Source of the DNA: an uncultured Lachnospiraceae bacterium
GTDB lineage: Bacteria; Bacillota; Clostridia; Lachnospirales; Lachnospiraceae
DNA length: 37,476 nucleotides
Direction: 5' to 3'
NCBI GenBank assembly: GCA_945492935.1
Contig: CALYVE010000001.1
Location: 1-37,476 of the forward strand
In this document: positions 1-9,543 of the stretch, piece after piece
How the letters are laid out: every line of letters starts with the position of its first letter
Numbering within the stretch: position 1 is the stretch's first letter
Position numbers and translations under genes: made by a program
Notes under the pieces: generated by a model
The model's database searches: none
Told to the model about the DNA's origin: nothing
Seen by the model: the letters and a program-made list of their open reading frames with translations, nothing else

Positions 1-41
1 GATTGACGTAATACACAGGTCGCGCATAAGGGGGGTGTGGT

Positions 42-485
42 ATGAAAAGGTATGTAGGGGATCCAGAAGAGATTCAAGAGGAGATTGAACGAGAGGAAAA
101 AAGAGACTCTGCGGCCAATTATCTGGAAAAACAAAAGAGGATAAACAAAGAGATAGCCAGGTTAAAAAAGCTTTTCAAGAATATTGATGAGAACAAGAAA
201 AAGCTGGTGTTTACTACGATAGATGATGTCGCTTTCATGACGATAACGATGCAGGATTTGCGAGAGAATATCGTTCGTAACGGTACCACATGCACCTATA
301 AGAACGGAGAGAACCAATTCGGGACAAAGCAAAGTCCGGATGCGCAGCTCTATTTGCAGCTCAGTCAAAAATGTACGCAGGCCATGAAGATCCTTGTTGA
401 TTGCCTTCCGAAAACAGAAAAGATTAAGCCAACGGTACCGGAAGATGATTTTGACGATTTTGTCGAAGGGCGTGAGGACGTATAG
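42..485 (+). CDS. terS: Terminase small subunit
   Basis: Lies directly before terL; segment NGTTCTYKNGENQFGTKQSPDAQLY and acidic C-terminal tail fit P27-like small terminases. Confidence 0.8.
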   Translation: MKRYVGDPEEIQEEIEREEKRDSAANYLEKQKRINKEIARLKKLFKNIDENKKKLVFTTIDDVAFMTITMQDLRENIVRNGTTCTYKNGENQFGTKQSPDAQLYLQLSQKCTQAMKILVDCLPKTEKIKPTVPEDDFDDFVEGREDV

Positions 486-541
486 ACAAAAAAAATCATG
501 TTAGAAAGAAAACAAAGTATCCAATCGACTATAATCCGGTA

Positions 542-2194
542 TTGGAATATTGGCAGAAGATTGAGAATGGTGAGGAAGTAGTTTCTCGGAAGGTTTACCA
601 GCAATATAAGTACCTTGCACATTTGATAGAGCATCCGGGGGAGTATTTCTACTCTTCCAAGAGAGCAAATCACATTTTGGAGTTTGCAGAGAACTACTGC
701 AAATTGTCAAAAGGTGCAGGTGCCGGAAAGCTTGTACGCTTGGAGCTTTGGGAAAAAGCTTTGTTATCATCGATATTTGGATTTATTGATATCAATGGGA
801 ATCGGATGTGCCGAGAAGCTATTCTGATTGTGGGCAAGAAAAACGGTAAGTCTTTACTGGCATCTATCGTAGGATTGTATCTGCAGATTGGAGACGGAGA
901 GCCGGGACCGGAAGTATACGCAGTAGCTACAAAAAAGGATCAGGCAAAGATTATCTGGACAGAAGCAAAGCGCATGGTGCGCAAGAGTCCGACGTTGCTA
1001 AGAAGGATAAAGACGTTGGTGGCGGAGCTGTCGAGTGAGTTATTCAACGACGGAACTTTCAAGCCTCTTGCCTCTGATTCAGACACTCTGGATGGACTCA
1101 ATGTGCACGGAGCGCTGCTGGACGAGATACACCAGTGGAAAAACGGTAAGGCCCTGTATGACATTATCGCGGACGGAACAACGGCAAGAAACCAGCCTCT
1201 GATATTTATCACATCGACAGCAGGAACGGTAAGAGAAGATATTTACGATCAAAAATATGACGAGGCAGAGAGAGTAATCAATGGACTGTTTGATGAAAAT
1301 GGATATAAGGATCCTCATTTATTGGCGTTTGTCTACGAATTGGATGCAAGAAAAGAGTGGACGGATGAGACTTGTTGGAAAAAAGCAAATCCGGGGCTCG
1401 GAACTATAAAGAAGCTGGAACAACTCAGAGCGAAGGTAAAAAAGGCGATGGAAAATCCGGCGCTGGTGAAAAATCTTGTATGTAAAGAGTTCAACATACG
1501 GGAGACCAGTACCGAGGCATGGTTGACTTTTGAGCAGCTCAACAACACAGCGACATTTGATGTAAAAGAATTGAAACCGCGTTACGGTATTGGTGGCGTC
1601 GACCTGTCATCGACGACAGATTTAACGAACGCGACAGTCATCTTTAAGATTCCGGATGATTCACATATTTATGCACTTGCGATGTATTGGTTGCCGGAAG
1701 ACCTTTTGGAGAAAAAGGTACGGGAGGATAAGATACCATATGATTTGTGGCATGAGCAAGGATATCTCAGATTGTCACCGGGAAACAAGGTTCATTACAA
1801 ATATGTGACTGAATGGTTTAAGGAAGTTCAGGACGAGCTTGACATTTATCTTTTTAAGGCTGGGTATGACAGCTGGTCTGCGACGTATTTTGTGGAGGAA
1901 ATGGAAAACGAATTTGGAAAGTCGGTCATGGAGCCGGTCATTCAGGGTAAAAAAACATTGTCAAGCCCGATGAAATCACTTGGAGCCGACCTTGAAAAGA
2001 AACTGATAAATTATAACAACAACCCAATCACGAAATGGTGTCTAACAAACACATCGGTAGACCGGGATAAAAACGATAACATCCAGCCGGCAAAAGGAAA
2101 TTTAGGGACCAGAAGAATTGACGGTATGGCCGGATTGCTGGATGCGTATGTGTGCATGGAGAATAACTTGGAAGAATACATGTCGTTAATCTGA
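542..2194 (+). CDS. terL: Terminase large subunit (true start probably upstream, see findings)
   Basis: Walker A GKKNGKS, Walker B LLDEIH, coupling motif ITSTAG, nuclease motifs GVDLSSTTD and RIDG. Confidence 0.96.
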   Translation: MEYWQKIENGEEVVSRKVYQQYKYLAHLIEHPGEYFYSSKRANHILEFAENYCKLSKGAGAGKLVRLELWEKALLSSIFGFIDINGNRMCREAILIVGKKNGKSLLASIVGLYLQIGDGEPGPEVYAVATKKDQAKIIWTEAKRMVRKSPTLLRRIKTLVAELSSELFNDGTFKPLASDSDTLDGLNVHGALLDEIHQWKNGKALYDIIADGTTARNQPLIFITSTAGTVREDIYDQKYDEAERVINGLFDENGYKDPHLLAFVYELDARKEWTDETCWKKANPGLGTIKKLEQLRAKVKKAMENPALVKNLVCKEFNIRETSTEAWLTFEQLNNTATFDVKELKPRYGIGGVDLSSTTDLTNATVIFKIPDDSHIYALAMYWLPEDLLEKKVREDKIPYDLWHEQGYLRLSPGNKVHYKYVTEWFKEVQDELDIYLFKAGYDSWSATYFVEEMENEFGKSVMEPVIQGKKTLSSPMKSLGADLEKKLINYNNNPITKWCLTNTSVDRDKNDNIQPAKGNLGTRRIDGMAGLLDAYVCMENNLEEYMSLI

Positions 2195-2207
2195 GAGGGG
2201 GAGAAAA

Positions 2208-3377
2208 GTGAAGTGGAAGCTATTTGGAAAAAAAGAGAGTGCGATATTCAAAATGGTTGTGGATAACGGAAACGGATTTTATTCGTGGAACGGTAAATTG
2301 TACCAGTCGGATATCGTTAGAGCGTGCATAAAGCCGAAAACAAAAGCTATCGGTAAAGCGGTTGCAAAGCACATACGTAAAGAAATCAAAGATGGAGTCA
2401 CCAGTCTGGCAGTTTTTCCGAGCGTGAACATGAGATTTCTTTTGGAAGAGCCGAATGAGCTCATGACAGGACAAATGCTGCAGGAAAAAGTCGCTAATCA
2501 GCTCCAGCTAAACGGGAACGCATTTATCCTGATTATAAGAGATGCAAATGGAGTGCCGGTGGGATTGTATCCGATTCCATGCACATCGGTTATGACAAAG
2601 TATGACGAATCAGGAAAGCTTTATCTGAAATTTACATACCAGAACGGTAAATGGTCAGAGTTTGCATACGATGAAATAATTCATATCCGGGATGATTTCT
2701 TTTTCAACGACGTATTTGGAGATAATCCGCAAAAAACGTTAGCCGGACTGATGAACACGATATCAACGATAGACCAGTCCATTGTGAATGCTATAAAAAA
2801 CAGTTCGGTTGTCAAATGGCTTTTGAAATTTACATCATCAATGCGTGACGAAGACTTGAGAATCAAAGCGAATGAATTTGCAGAAAATTATCTGGATATC
2901 ACGAGCAATAATGCTATGGGAGTAGCAGCGGTGGATTCGAAAGCGGAGGCTATACAGATAAAGCCGTATGATTTTGTCCCGAATGCATTACAGGGAGACC
3001 GTCAGGTACAGCGAGTATACGCATTCTTTAACACAAACGAGAAGATTGTAACATCACATTATACGGAGGATGAGTGGATTTCATATTATGAGGCATCGAT
3101 TGAACCGGTGATTGAGCAGATGGCAGGAGAGTATACCAGAAAGCTTTTCACAAGAAGAGAGCGCGGAGTGGGGAATAAGATTGTATTTGAATCGGCAAGC
3201 CTTACCTTCGCATCAATGTCGACGAAGCTTAACCTTGTGTCATTCGTAGACAGGGCGATAATGACGCCGAATGAAGTAAGAGAGTATCTCGGGCTGGCAC
3301 CGATTGAAGGTGGGGATAAAGTCCTGCTTCGAAAGGATACAGGAAAGCTTGAAGAAAGAGAGAAGGAGGTGGAATAA
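2208..3377 (+). CDS. Portal protein (HK97 family)
   Basis: Position; motifs LLEEPN, GNAFILI, LYPIP, EIIHIR, MTPNEVREYLGLAPIEGGD. Confidence 0.94.
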   Translation: MKWKLFGKKESAIFKMVVDNGNGFYSWNGKLYQSDIVRACIKPKTKAIGKAVAKHIRKEIKDGVTSLAVFPSVNMRFLLEEPNELMTGQMLQEKVANQLQLNGNAFILIIRDANGVPVGLYPIPCTSVMTKYDESGKLYLKFTYQNGKWSEFAYDEIIHIRDDFFFNDVFGDNPQKTLAGLMNTISTIDQSIVNAIKNSSVVKWLLKFTSSMRDEDLRIKANEFAENYLDITSNNAMGVAAVDSKAEAIQIKPYDFVPNALQGDRQVQRVYAFFNTNEKIVTSHYTEDEWISYYEASIEPVIEQMAGEYTRKLFTRRERGVGNKIVFESASLTFASMSTKLNLVSFVDRAIMTPNEVREYLGLAPIEGGDKVLLRKDTGKLEEREKEVE

Positions 3378-4061
3378 GTGGATATTGAAGTGAAAGGAAC
3401 TATTGTGAGCAATGACGATGCATGGATATACGATTATTTTGAAATCGAAAATACATGTCCGAAAAAAGTCAAAAAAGCATTAGCCGATGCAAAGGGAGAG
3501 GCGGTTAAGGTGATGGTGAATTCCGGAGGAGGAGATGTATTTGCCGGAAATGAGATTTATTATCTTCTTTCCGGTTATCCGGGTGGTTGTACGGTGGACA
3601 TTACGGGATTTGCAGCATCAGCAGCAACTATCATCTGCTGCGCGGGGAAAAAGGTCAGGGCAACGCCAGGAGCACAGTACATGATACATAACGTATCCTG
3701 CAGTGCGTACGGAGATTACAACGAGATGGATCATACATCGGATGTGCTTCGAAATGCGAACAAAGCCATCAGCAACATTTACCGGGTGAAAACAGGAATG
3801 AGTGAAGCGGATTTGCTTAATCTCATGAATAAAGAGACGTGGATGGATGCTGAAATGGCAAAGGAAATGGGATTTATCGATGAAATCATCGGTGATAACG
3901 GCTTGTTTGGTTCAAAGCCGATCACAATACATAACTCCGTAGCAAAGATATTGAGCGACGAGGTTAAGAACAAAATCCGTAATTCTGTAAAAAATCCGGG
4001 TACGGTGATGCAGAGAAAACTAAATCTTTTAAAGCTGAAAGGAGAAATCAGACATGTTTAA
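3378..4061 (+). CDS. Clp-type prohead protease
   Basis: Motifs VNSGGGDVFAG, FAASAAT, MIHN, ETWMDAEMAKEMGFIDEI. Confidence 0.94.
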   Translation: MDIEVKGTIVSNDDAWIYDYFEIENTCPKKVKKALADAKGEAVKVMVNSGGGDVFAGNEIYYLLSGYPGGCTVDITGFAASAATIICCAGKKVRATPGAQYMIHNVSCSAYGDYNEMDHTSDVLRNANKAISNIYRVKTGMSEADLLNLMNKETWMDAEMAKEMGFIDEIIGDNGLFGSKPITIHNSVAKILSDEVKNKIRNSVKNPGTVMQRKLNLLKLKGEIRHV

Positions 4062-5247
4062 GTTCAAGAATTACGAGGACTACAAGAACCAGAGAGATGC
4101 GGCTATTGTAGCAGCAGAGCAGGCGCTTACCAATGGCGCAGAGGATTATGAGGAAAAGGTAAAGTACATTGAGGACATGGACGCAGCGTGGGAAGAGCAT
4201 GCACAGCGACAGGCTGATATCAATGCTCTCAAGGGTGCGGTAAGGGTACCTCTTTCGAATGCGGCGGCGGAGAGACTGGCAGCAGGTGTATCCGTGGATG
4301 AGAGTGATCTGGAATACAGAACACAGTTTATGAATTATGTCCTGAATGGAACACCGATTCGCATGCAGAATCAGGACCAGCAGACCACTACAGCTGATGT
4401 TGCCACGGTAATTCCGAATACCATCATTGACAGAATTGTTGAGAAGATGGAGAAGACCGGGAACATTCTGAACAAGGTTACCAGAACGTTTTATAAGGGC
4501 GGTGTATCCGTGCCGACATCTGCAGCAAAGCCGACGGCTTCTTGGGTGACAGAAAGAGGAACAGTAGACAAGCAGAAAAAGGTTACCGGATCGGTTACCT
4601 TCAATTATTACAAGTTGAAAATGGTGATTGCGGTTTCCCTCACAGTTGAAGTGGTAACGCTGGAGGTGTTTGAGCGTACTATTGCGAACAACATTGCGGA
4701 GGCTATGGTAAAAGCGATTGAAACAGCCATTATTGCAGGAAATGGAGCGGAAGGCAATCAGCCGGAAGGTATTATTAAGACGGAACCGGTATCCGGTCAG
4801 AAGGTGGAGATTACAGAGGGTAACAACATTACATATGCAGACTTGTGTGCAGCAGAGGGGTTATTACCTGCGGCATATGACGATGCTGAATGGTGCATGA
4901 GAAAAGCTACATTCATGAATCAGATTGTAGGTATGGTTGACAGCACAGGACAGCCGATTGCAAGGGTTAATGCAGGACTGAACGGAAAGCCGGAATACAC
5001 TATTCTTGGGCGCCATGTTGAGTTCTCTGAAGATGTGCCGGCATTTGCAAAGACGGTATCTGAAGATACTACGGTTGCTTTCATGTTCCGTTTCGCTGAT
5101 TACATGCTGAACACGAACATGAATGTAACGGTGTCGAAATTCACCGACAATGAGACGGATGATGAATGCACAAAGGCTATCATGCTGGCAGACGGTAAGG
5201 TGGTTGACAAGAACTCCTATGTTCCTGTCGTAGTAAAAAACTCCTAA
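4054..5247 (+). CDS. Major capsid protein (HK97 fold, N-terminal coiled-coil delta domain)
   Basis: Position and size; motifs VIPNTIIDRI, ASWVTE, AIIAGNG..QPEGI, TILGRHV. Confidence 0.94.
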   Translation: MFKFKNYEDYKNQRDAAIVAAEQALTNGAEDYEEKVKYIEDMDAAWEEHAQRQADINALKGAVRVPLSNAAAERLAAGVSVDESDLEYRTQFMNYVLNGTPIRMQNQDQQTTTADVATVIPNTIIDRIVEKMEKTGNILNKVTRTFYKGGVSVPTSAAKPTASWVTERGTVDKQKKVTGSVTFNYYKLKMVIAVSLTVEVVTLEVFERTIANNIAEAMVKAIETAIIAGNGAEGNQPEGIIKTEPVSGQKVEITEGNNITYADLCAAEGLLPAAYDDAEWCMRKATFMNQIVGMVDSTGQPIARVNAGLNGKPEYTILGRHVEFSEDVPAFAKTVSEDTTVAFMFRFADYMLNTNMNVTVSKFTDNETDDECTKAIMLADGKVVDKNSYVPVVVKNS

Positions 5248-5399
5248 ACGCTGACACAAATCATCAATACTCGCAGCAAGAGCTTACTGCTATGACTATG
5301 GCAGAAATCAGAGTTCTTGCTGCAGAGCTCGGCTATAGTGTCAGCGGAAGTACGAAGGCCGCTTTAATCGAAAGCTTTTTAACAGCGCAGGGGGAATAG
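5235..5399 (+). CDS. -1 frameshift extension of the capsid protein (about 52 aa, Rho-N/HeH-like helical domain)
   Basis: Slippery heptamer A_AAA_AAC at 5235-5241 just before the stop; the -1 frame stays open to TAG 5397-5399 and reads LLNADTNHQYSQQELTAMTMAEIRVLAAELGYSVSGSTKAALIESFLTAQGE. Confidence 0.75.
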   Translation, partial: KKLLNADTNHQYSQQELTAMTMAEIRVLAAELGYSVSGSTKAALIESFLTAQGE

Positions 5400-5403
5400 G
5401 GGT

Positions 5404-5688
5404 ATGATTGGAAAAATTAAGCTTGCGCTGCGGGTATCAGCAGATCAGCTAAATGAGGAAATTGAAGATTGCATTGACGCGTGCTATAGAGATATGGCAC
5501 GCGTAGGCATTCGCGTTTATGACGCAGACGGAAACATACTCGATAAAATCGAGACGGATGGTTTAGTTATATCATGTCAAAAACTGTATGCGAGATGGCA
5601 ATTTAACTTCGAGGGAGCCGCGGAACGTTACAGAGCAGCGTATGAGTCTACGCGGGACGCGATGTCACTGAGCAGCGACTATAAGTAG
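5404..5688 (+). CDS. Head-tail connector (gp6-like adaptor)
   Basis: Position; IKLALRVS..LNEEIEDCIDAC pattern. Confidence 0.85.
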   Translation: MIGKIKLALRVSADQLNEEIEDCIDACYRDMARVGIRVYDADGNILDKIETDGLVISCQKLYARWQFNFEGAAERYRAAYESTRDAMSLSSDYK

Positions 5689-5696
5689 GAGGAATT

Positions 5697-5990
5697 ATGA
5701 GGAATGAGCTTATCACTTTGATGGCGAAAAGTTGCACCGGTGCAACAGTGGATTACAAGAAAACAAATGTATTCGCTGAAAAGAAATCGGTGGCGAGGTC
5801 GGAATTCTATACAAGCTTTCAGGCAGGGCTTTCTCCGAAATTGGTTTTTGACATCGATCCGTTGGATTTTGAACTCGCAGCCACGGAGAAGAATGAAGTG
5901 TCGGAAGTCGAGTATAGAGGAAAGACATATACGGTCATTCGCTCATATCAGAAGCAGGGAGAAGATTCCATGGAGTTAAGTGTGGGGTGA
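5697..5990 (+). CDS. Head closure / stopper protein
   Basis: Motifs VFAEKKSVARSEFY and VEYRGKTYTVIRSY. Confidence 0.85.
   Translation: MRNELITLMAKSCTGATVDYKKTNVFAEKKSVARSEFYTSFQAGLSPKLVFDIDPLDFELAATEKNEVSEVEYRGKTYTVIRSYQKQGEDSMELSVG
5731..5746. repeat. Palindrome GTTGCACCGGTGCAAC, copy 1
   Basis: Exact 16-bp palindrome inside the head closure gene. Confidence 0.95.
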
Positions 5991-5994
5991 TTCA

Positions 5995-6444
5995 ATGAAA
6001 GCTACGTTATCTCAGGGTGAGGATGGCGATGAAGTATTTGTGGATATCATGAAGGAAATTTCCAGAATGCCGGTACTGATTGAGAAAGAGGAAAAGAAGG
6101 TAATGAAAAAAATAGGAGGAATTATAGCCGATAACATTGCAATCAGCCTGCCTAAGTCAGATCCGGGAGGAAGAGGAGACTATAAAGGGAATCATCCGTA
6201 TGTGCACATGAAAGAGGATATCAAGGTGAAAACCGGTTCGAAAAACGGTGTCGCGCATGTCATAATAAATGGCGGGAAAAAGACCGGATACAAATGGCAC
6301 CTGGTAAATGATGGTACAAGGGATTCGGACGGGCAAAGACGGACCCAAGGGATACATTTCATTGAAAAGGCTCTGAATAAATCGGAAGCACAGGTAGAAT
6401 CACTGATTGATGAATTGATTCGGGAGGTAGCAGGTGGAGGATGA
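5995..6444 (+). CDS. HK97 gp10-like neck / tail completion protein
   Basis: Motifs HMKEDIKV, GYKWHLVNDGT, HFIEKAL. Confidence 0.8.
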   Translation: MKATLSQGEDGDEVFVDIMKEISRMPVLIEKEEKKVMKKIGGIIADNIAISLPKSDPGGRGDYKGNHPYVHMKEDIKVKTGSKNGVAHVIINGGKKTGYKWHLVNDGTRDSDGQRRTQGIHFIEKALNKSEAQVESLIDELIREVAGGG

Positions 6445-6775
6445 GTTAAAGAATATCGTTGAGAGCGTTCTGGACATACCATGCTATATTGATGCGGATA
6501 CAATCACATATCCATCGGCAGAAGTGCAAGTCTATCAGGATAACCCAGAGCTTTTTGGAGATGGAAAGGCACAGGCTGTCATAAGCTATGTAGCTCTGGA
6601 TTTATGGTACAAAGAGCGCATCAAAAGAGACAATGCGGTAAAGGTGCTGGTGCCGGAGATCGTAAATGCCGGGTATACGCATCCTACGTGTGAGCGATAT
6701 TACGACATTACAGCGAAAAAATATAGGGCAACGCTGAATTTCAGCAAAAAGAAGGAGGAGCATAATGGGAAATAG
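6434..6775 (+). CDS. Tail terminator protein (putative)
   Basis: Position between gp10-like gene and major tail gene; size. Confidence 0.65.
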   Translation: MEDELKNIVESVLDIPCYIDADTITYPSAEVQVYQDNPELFGDGKAQAVISYVALDLWYKERIKRDNAVKVLVPEIVNAGYTHPTCERYYDITAKKYRATLNFSKKKEEHNGK

Positions 6776-7322
6776 AATTAACGTGCAGAATGCAAAAGTA
6801 GCCTTGGTTATGACAAACACAAAGACAGATTATGCGCTGGATACGGCTATGGATTTGCCGGGGTTGATGAGTATTGATCTCGCACTTACGCTGGCTACCG
6901 GTACACTCTACGGTGACGGGGTAAAGAAAAGCGACCAGTCCAAAGTAACAGGAGCAACGCTGAAGGTTGGATTGAATAAGATACCGATTCAGGTTCGCGC
7001 AAAGATGACTGGTGCAAAGATTACAAACGGAATCTTGGATGTTACGACGGACGATCAGGCACCGAAGATTGCGTTTTACGCAGAAACGGAAGCTGATGAC
7101 GGAACAAAGGAGCAACTGTGGCTGCTTTGCGGCGAAGCACAGCCTATCGGGTTGGCGGGCAAACAGACAGAGAATAACATCAACTTTTCAACGGACGAGC
7201 TTACTATCAATTTCACACAGAGGGAGAAAGATAAGAAGGTTTTGAGATTGGCTGATACTGCGAATGAGGATTTCACAAAATCGGAAGAATTTGCAAACGA
7301 TCCGGACGAGCTTGGAGCATAA
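6765..7322 (+). CDS. Major tail protein
   Basis: Motifs TLYGDG and APKIAFYAETEADDGTKEQLWL; strong RBS; position. Confidence 0.88.
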   Translation: MGNRINVQNAKVALVMTNTKTDYALDTAMDLPGLMSIDLALTLATGTLYGDGVKKSDQSKVTGATLKVGLNKIPIQVRAKMTGAKITNGILDVTTDDQAPKIAFYAETEADDGTKEQLWLLCGEAQPIGLAGKQTENNINFSTDELTINFTQREKDKKVLRLADTANEDFTKSEEFANDPDELGA

Positions 7323-7331
7323 GGAGGAATC

Positions 7332-7688
7332 ATGAGAAAAGTTATTGAATGCAAACCGGTATCAGAGGTGGAATTAAGGTTTAACGGCGGGGAGAGTATT
7401 ATTCTCAGATTTGATGTTGAGGCATTGATGACACTTCAGGAGACGGAGGGAGACCTTGGAGCTGCATTAAAAAAGAGCCCGAGCGAGATGTGTGCATCCA
7501 TTCTTTATGCCGGAGCAGTCGGTAAGAATGAAGGGATGACAAAGGAAAAGGCGCGTGAGTTGGTATGCCAGATGAGCATTGAGACTATAAACGCAATCAT
7601 TGAGGAGTTTACGGAATCCTTCGGAAAGGGAGGAAACGAAGAGTATACAAAAAAAATTCTGGCACAGTTCCTGGCGAAATACAAATAG
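7332..7688 (+). CDS. Tail assembly chaperone (gpG-like)
   Basis: Between major tail and tape measure genes; slippery A8 tract near 3' end. Confidence 0.82.
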   Translation: MRKVIECKPVSEVELRFNGGESIILRFDVEALMTLQETEGDLGAALKKSPSEMCASILYAGAVGKNEGMTKEKARELVCQMSIETINAIIEEFTESFGKGGNEEYTKKILAQFLAKYK

Positions 7689-7879
7689 ATTTTGATATGC
7701 TCTATTACCTTTTTTGTGTCAAACTCGGAAGAGGTGAGCAGGAGTATTTTACATCGTCTATAGGAAAGGTGCTCGCAATGATTAACCTATGGCAGAAGGA
7801 ACAGGAAAAAATCGCAGGCGCAATCAATGGTGATAATGGGACTGTGCGTAAATTCAGTGATATTAAGGGGTTGGTATAA
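7649..7879 (+). CDS. Tail assembly chaperone frameshift extension (gpGT-like)
   Basis: A_AAA_AAA at 7649-7655; the -1 frame (NSGTVPGEIQIDFD) runs without a stop into ORF 7697-7879. Confidence 0.8.
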   Translation, partial: KKNSGTVPGEIQIDFDMLYYLFCVKLGRGEQEYFTSSIGKVLAMINLWQKEQEKIAGAINGDNGTVRKFSDIKGLV

Positions 7880-9543
7880 TGAGCACAAAAAACAAACGCA
7901 CGATATATCTTGGATTGGATTATACCGACTTCACAGGCGGGGTATCTGAGGTAAATCGAAAGATGGGATTACTCGATGCAGAATTTAAACTGGCTCAGGA
8001 GCGGGTGAAAAATTACGGCACCGAGACAGATAACCTCGGTGTAAAGCAGGATTATCTGCGGCAAAAGATAGAGCTGCAGCGACAGAAGGTAGAAGCCGCG
8101 AAAAAGGCATATGATGAGGCGCTGACTTCTCAACAGGCATCCGAAAAGCAGATTGATGCACTTGACAAGAGGCTGTTGCAGGAAAGGACATCTCTTGAAA
8201 AGCTGACAGGACAGCTGAAAGAGGCGGATGATGAGATTGAGAAAGCGAACAAGTCGACAAAAAGCTTCGGAGATGAGATCAGAGACCTTGCCAGTGATCT
8301 GGGCATTAAGGTAAGCCCTGCATTGGAAAAGTTGGCACAAAAATTCGATGGAGTATCCGCTGGTGTTGGTAATGCGGTGCTTGGAATCGGTGCTATGATA
8401 TCGGGACTGGTAGGGTGTTCGGTAGAGCTCGCAAAATATGCGGATGATATGCTTACAATGGCATCGGTCACAGGATTAAGCACGGATGAGCTTCAAAAGC
8501 TGGAATATGCTTCAAACTTTGTGGATGTTTCTCTTGAGACGATGACCGGGTCCATAACAAAACTCACGCAAAACATGAATCAGGCAAGAAACGGGAATAA
8601 CACTTTGAATGAGGCATTTCGAAAGCTGGGAATCCGTATTAAAGATTCCAGAGGAGAGCTAAGAGATGCCAATGAAGTGTTTTACGAATCCATTGACAGG
8701 CTTGGAAAAGTAAAGAATGAGACAGAGCGGGATGCACTGGCAATGCAGTTATTTGGAAAGTCAGCAAAGGAGTTAAATCCCTTGATCGAGGCAGGAAGCA
8801 AACGTCTTAAGGAGCTCGGTATTGAAGCTGAAAACATGGGAGTAATCATCGGAGGAGAAACGTTGCAGAATGCAGGAGCATTCAATGATGCGATGGATAA
8901 GTGGAAGCAGATATCTGAAGCACTAAAGAATAGTTTGGGTGAGCTACTTTTACCAGTGTTAACGAAACTCGCAGAGCTCATATCGAGTATTCCAGCGCCG
9001 GTGCTCAAAACAATAATGGTGTTTGGTATGTTCGTTGCGAGTGCAGTATTGATTTTAAAAGTGATAACACAAATTAAAGTTGGAATGAGCACACTTACAA
9101 TTGTTCAGGCAGCATTTGGAGCAGTAAGCAAAACTACGGTTGGAATAGTTCTGACAGTAGTAGCAGTGATGATAGCTCTTGCTGCAGTTATAGCTTTTTT
9201 ATTAAGCAAGCAAAATGAACTTAATGAAACCATGGAGAATGTTAATAAGCAGACTAATGATGTAGCTAAAAATGTATCCAATGCACAGCAAAATGTGTAT
9301 AGAACGTCAAACCATGCATCCGGCACCACAAACTTTGCCGGAGGGCGTACCTGGGTGGGAGAGGCTGGTCCTGAGCTTGTAACTCTTCCGCGCGGAACAA
9401 AGATTCAGCCTGCAGGAGAAGGTAAGGTAGCGGAATACAACACATTTTATGTCACCATCGATGCAAAGAATGTGGATGATTTCAACAGGGTAGTGGAGCT
9501 TGCAAAACAGCAGAAAGTAGCGATAAGGAGGGGAACGAAATGA
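7879..9543 (+). CDS. Tape measure protein (short, 554 aa)
   Basis: Helical heptads, LFGKSAKELNPLI, hydrophobic segments, C-terminal ASGT..WVGEAGPELV motif. Confidence 0.92.
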   Translation: MSTKNKRTIYLGLDYTDFTGGVSEVNRKMGLLDAEFKLAQERVKNYGTETDNLGVKQDYLRQKIELQRQKVEAAKKAYDEALTSQQASEKQIDALDKRLLQERTSLEKLTGQLKEADDEIEKANKSTKSFGDEIRDLASDLGIKVSPALEKLAQKFDGVSAGVGNAVLGIGAMISGLVGCSVELAKYADDMLTMASVTGLSTDELQKLEYASNFVDVSLETMTGSITKLTQNMNQARNGNNTLNEAFRKLGIRIKDSRGELRDANEVFYESIDRLGKVKNETERDALAMQLFGKSAKELNPLIEAGSKRLKELGIEAENMGVIIGGETLQNAGAFNDAMDKWKQISEALKNSLGELLLPVLTKLAELISSIPAPVLKTIMVFGMFVASAVLILKVITQIKVGMSTLTIVQAAFGAVSKTTVGIVLTVVAVMIALAAVIAFLLSKQNELNETMENVNKQTNDVAKNVSNAQQNVYRTSNHASGTTNFAGGRTWVGEAGPELVTLPRGTKIQPAGEGKVAEYNTFYVTIDAKNVDDFNRVVELAKQQKVAIRRGTK

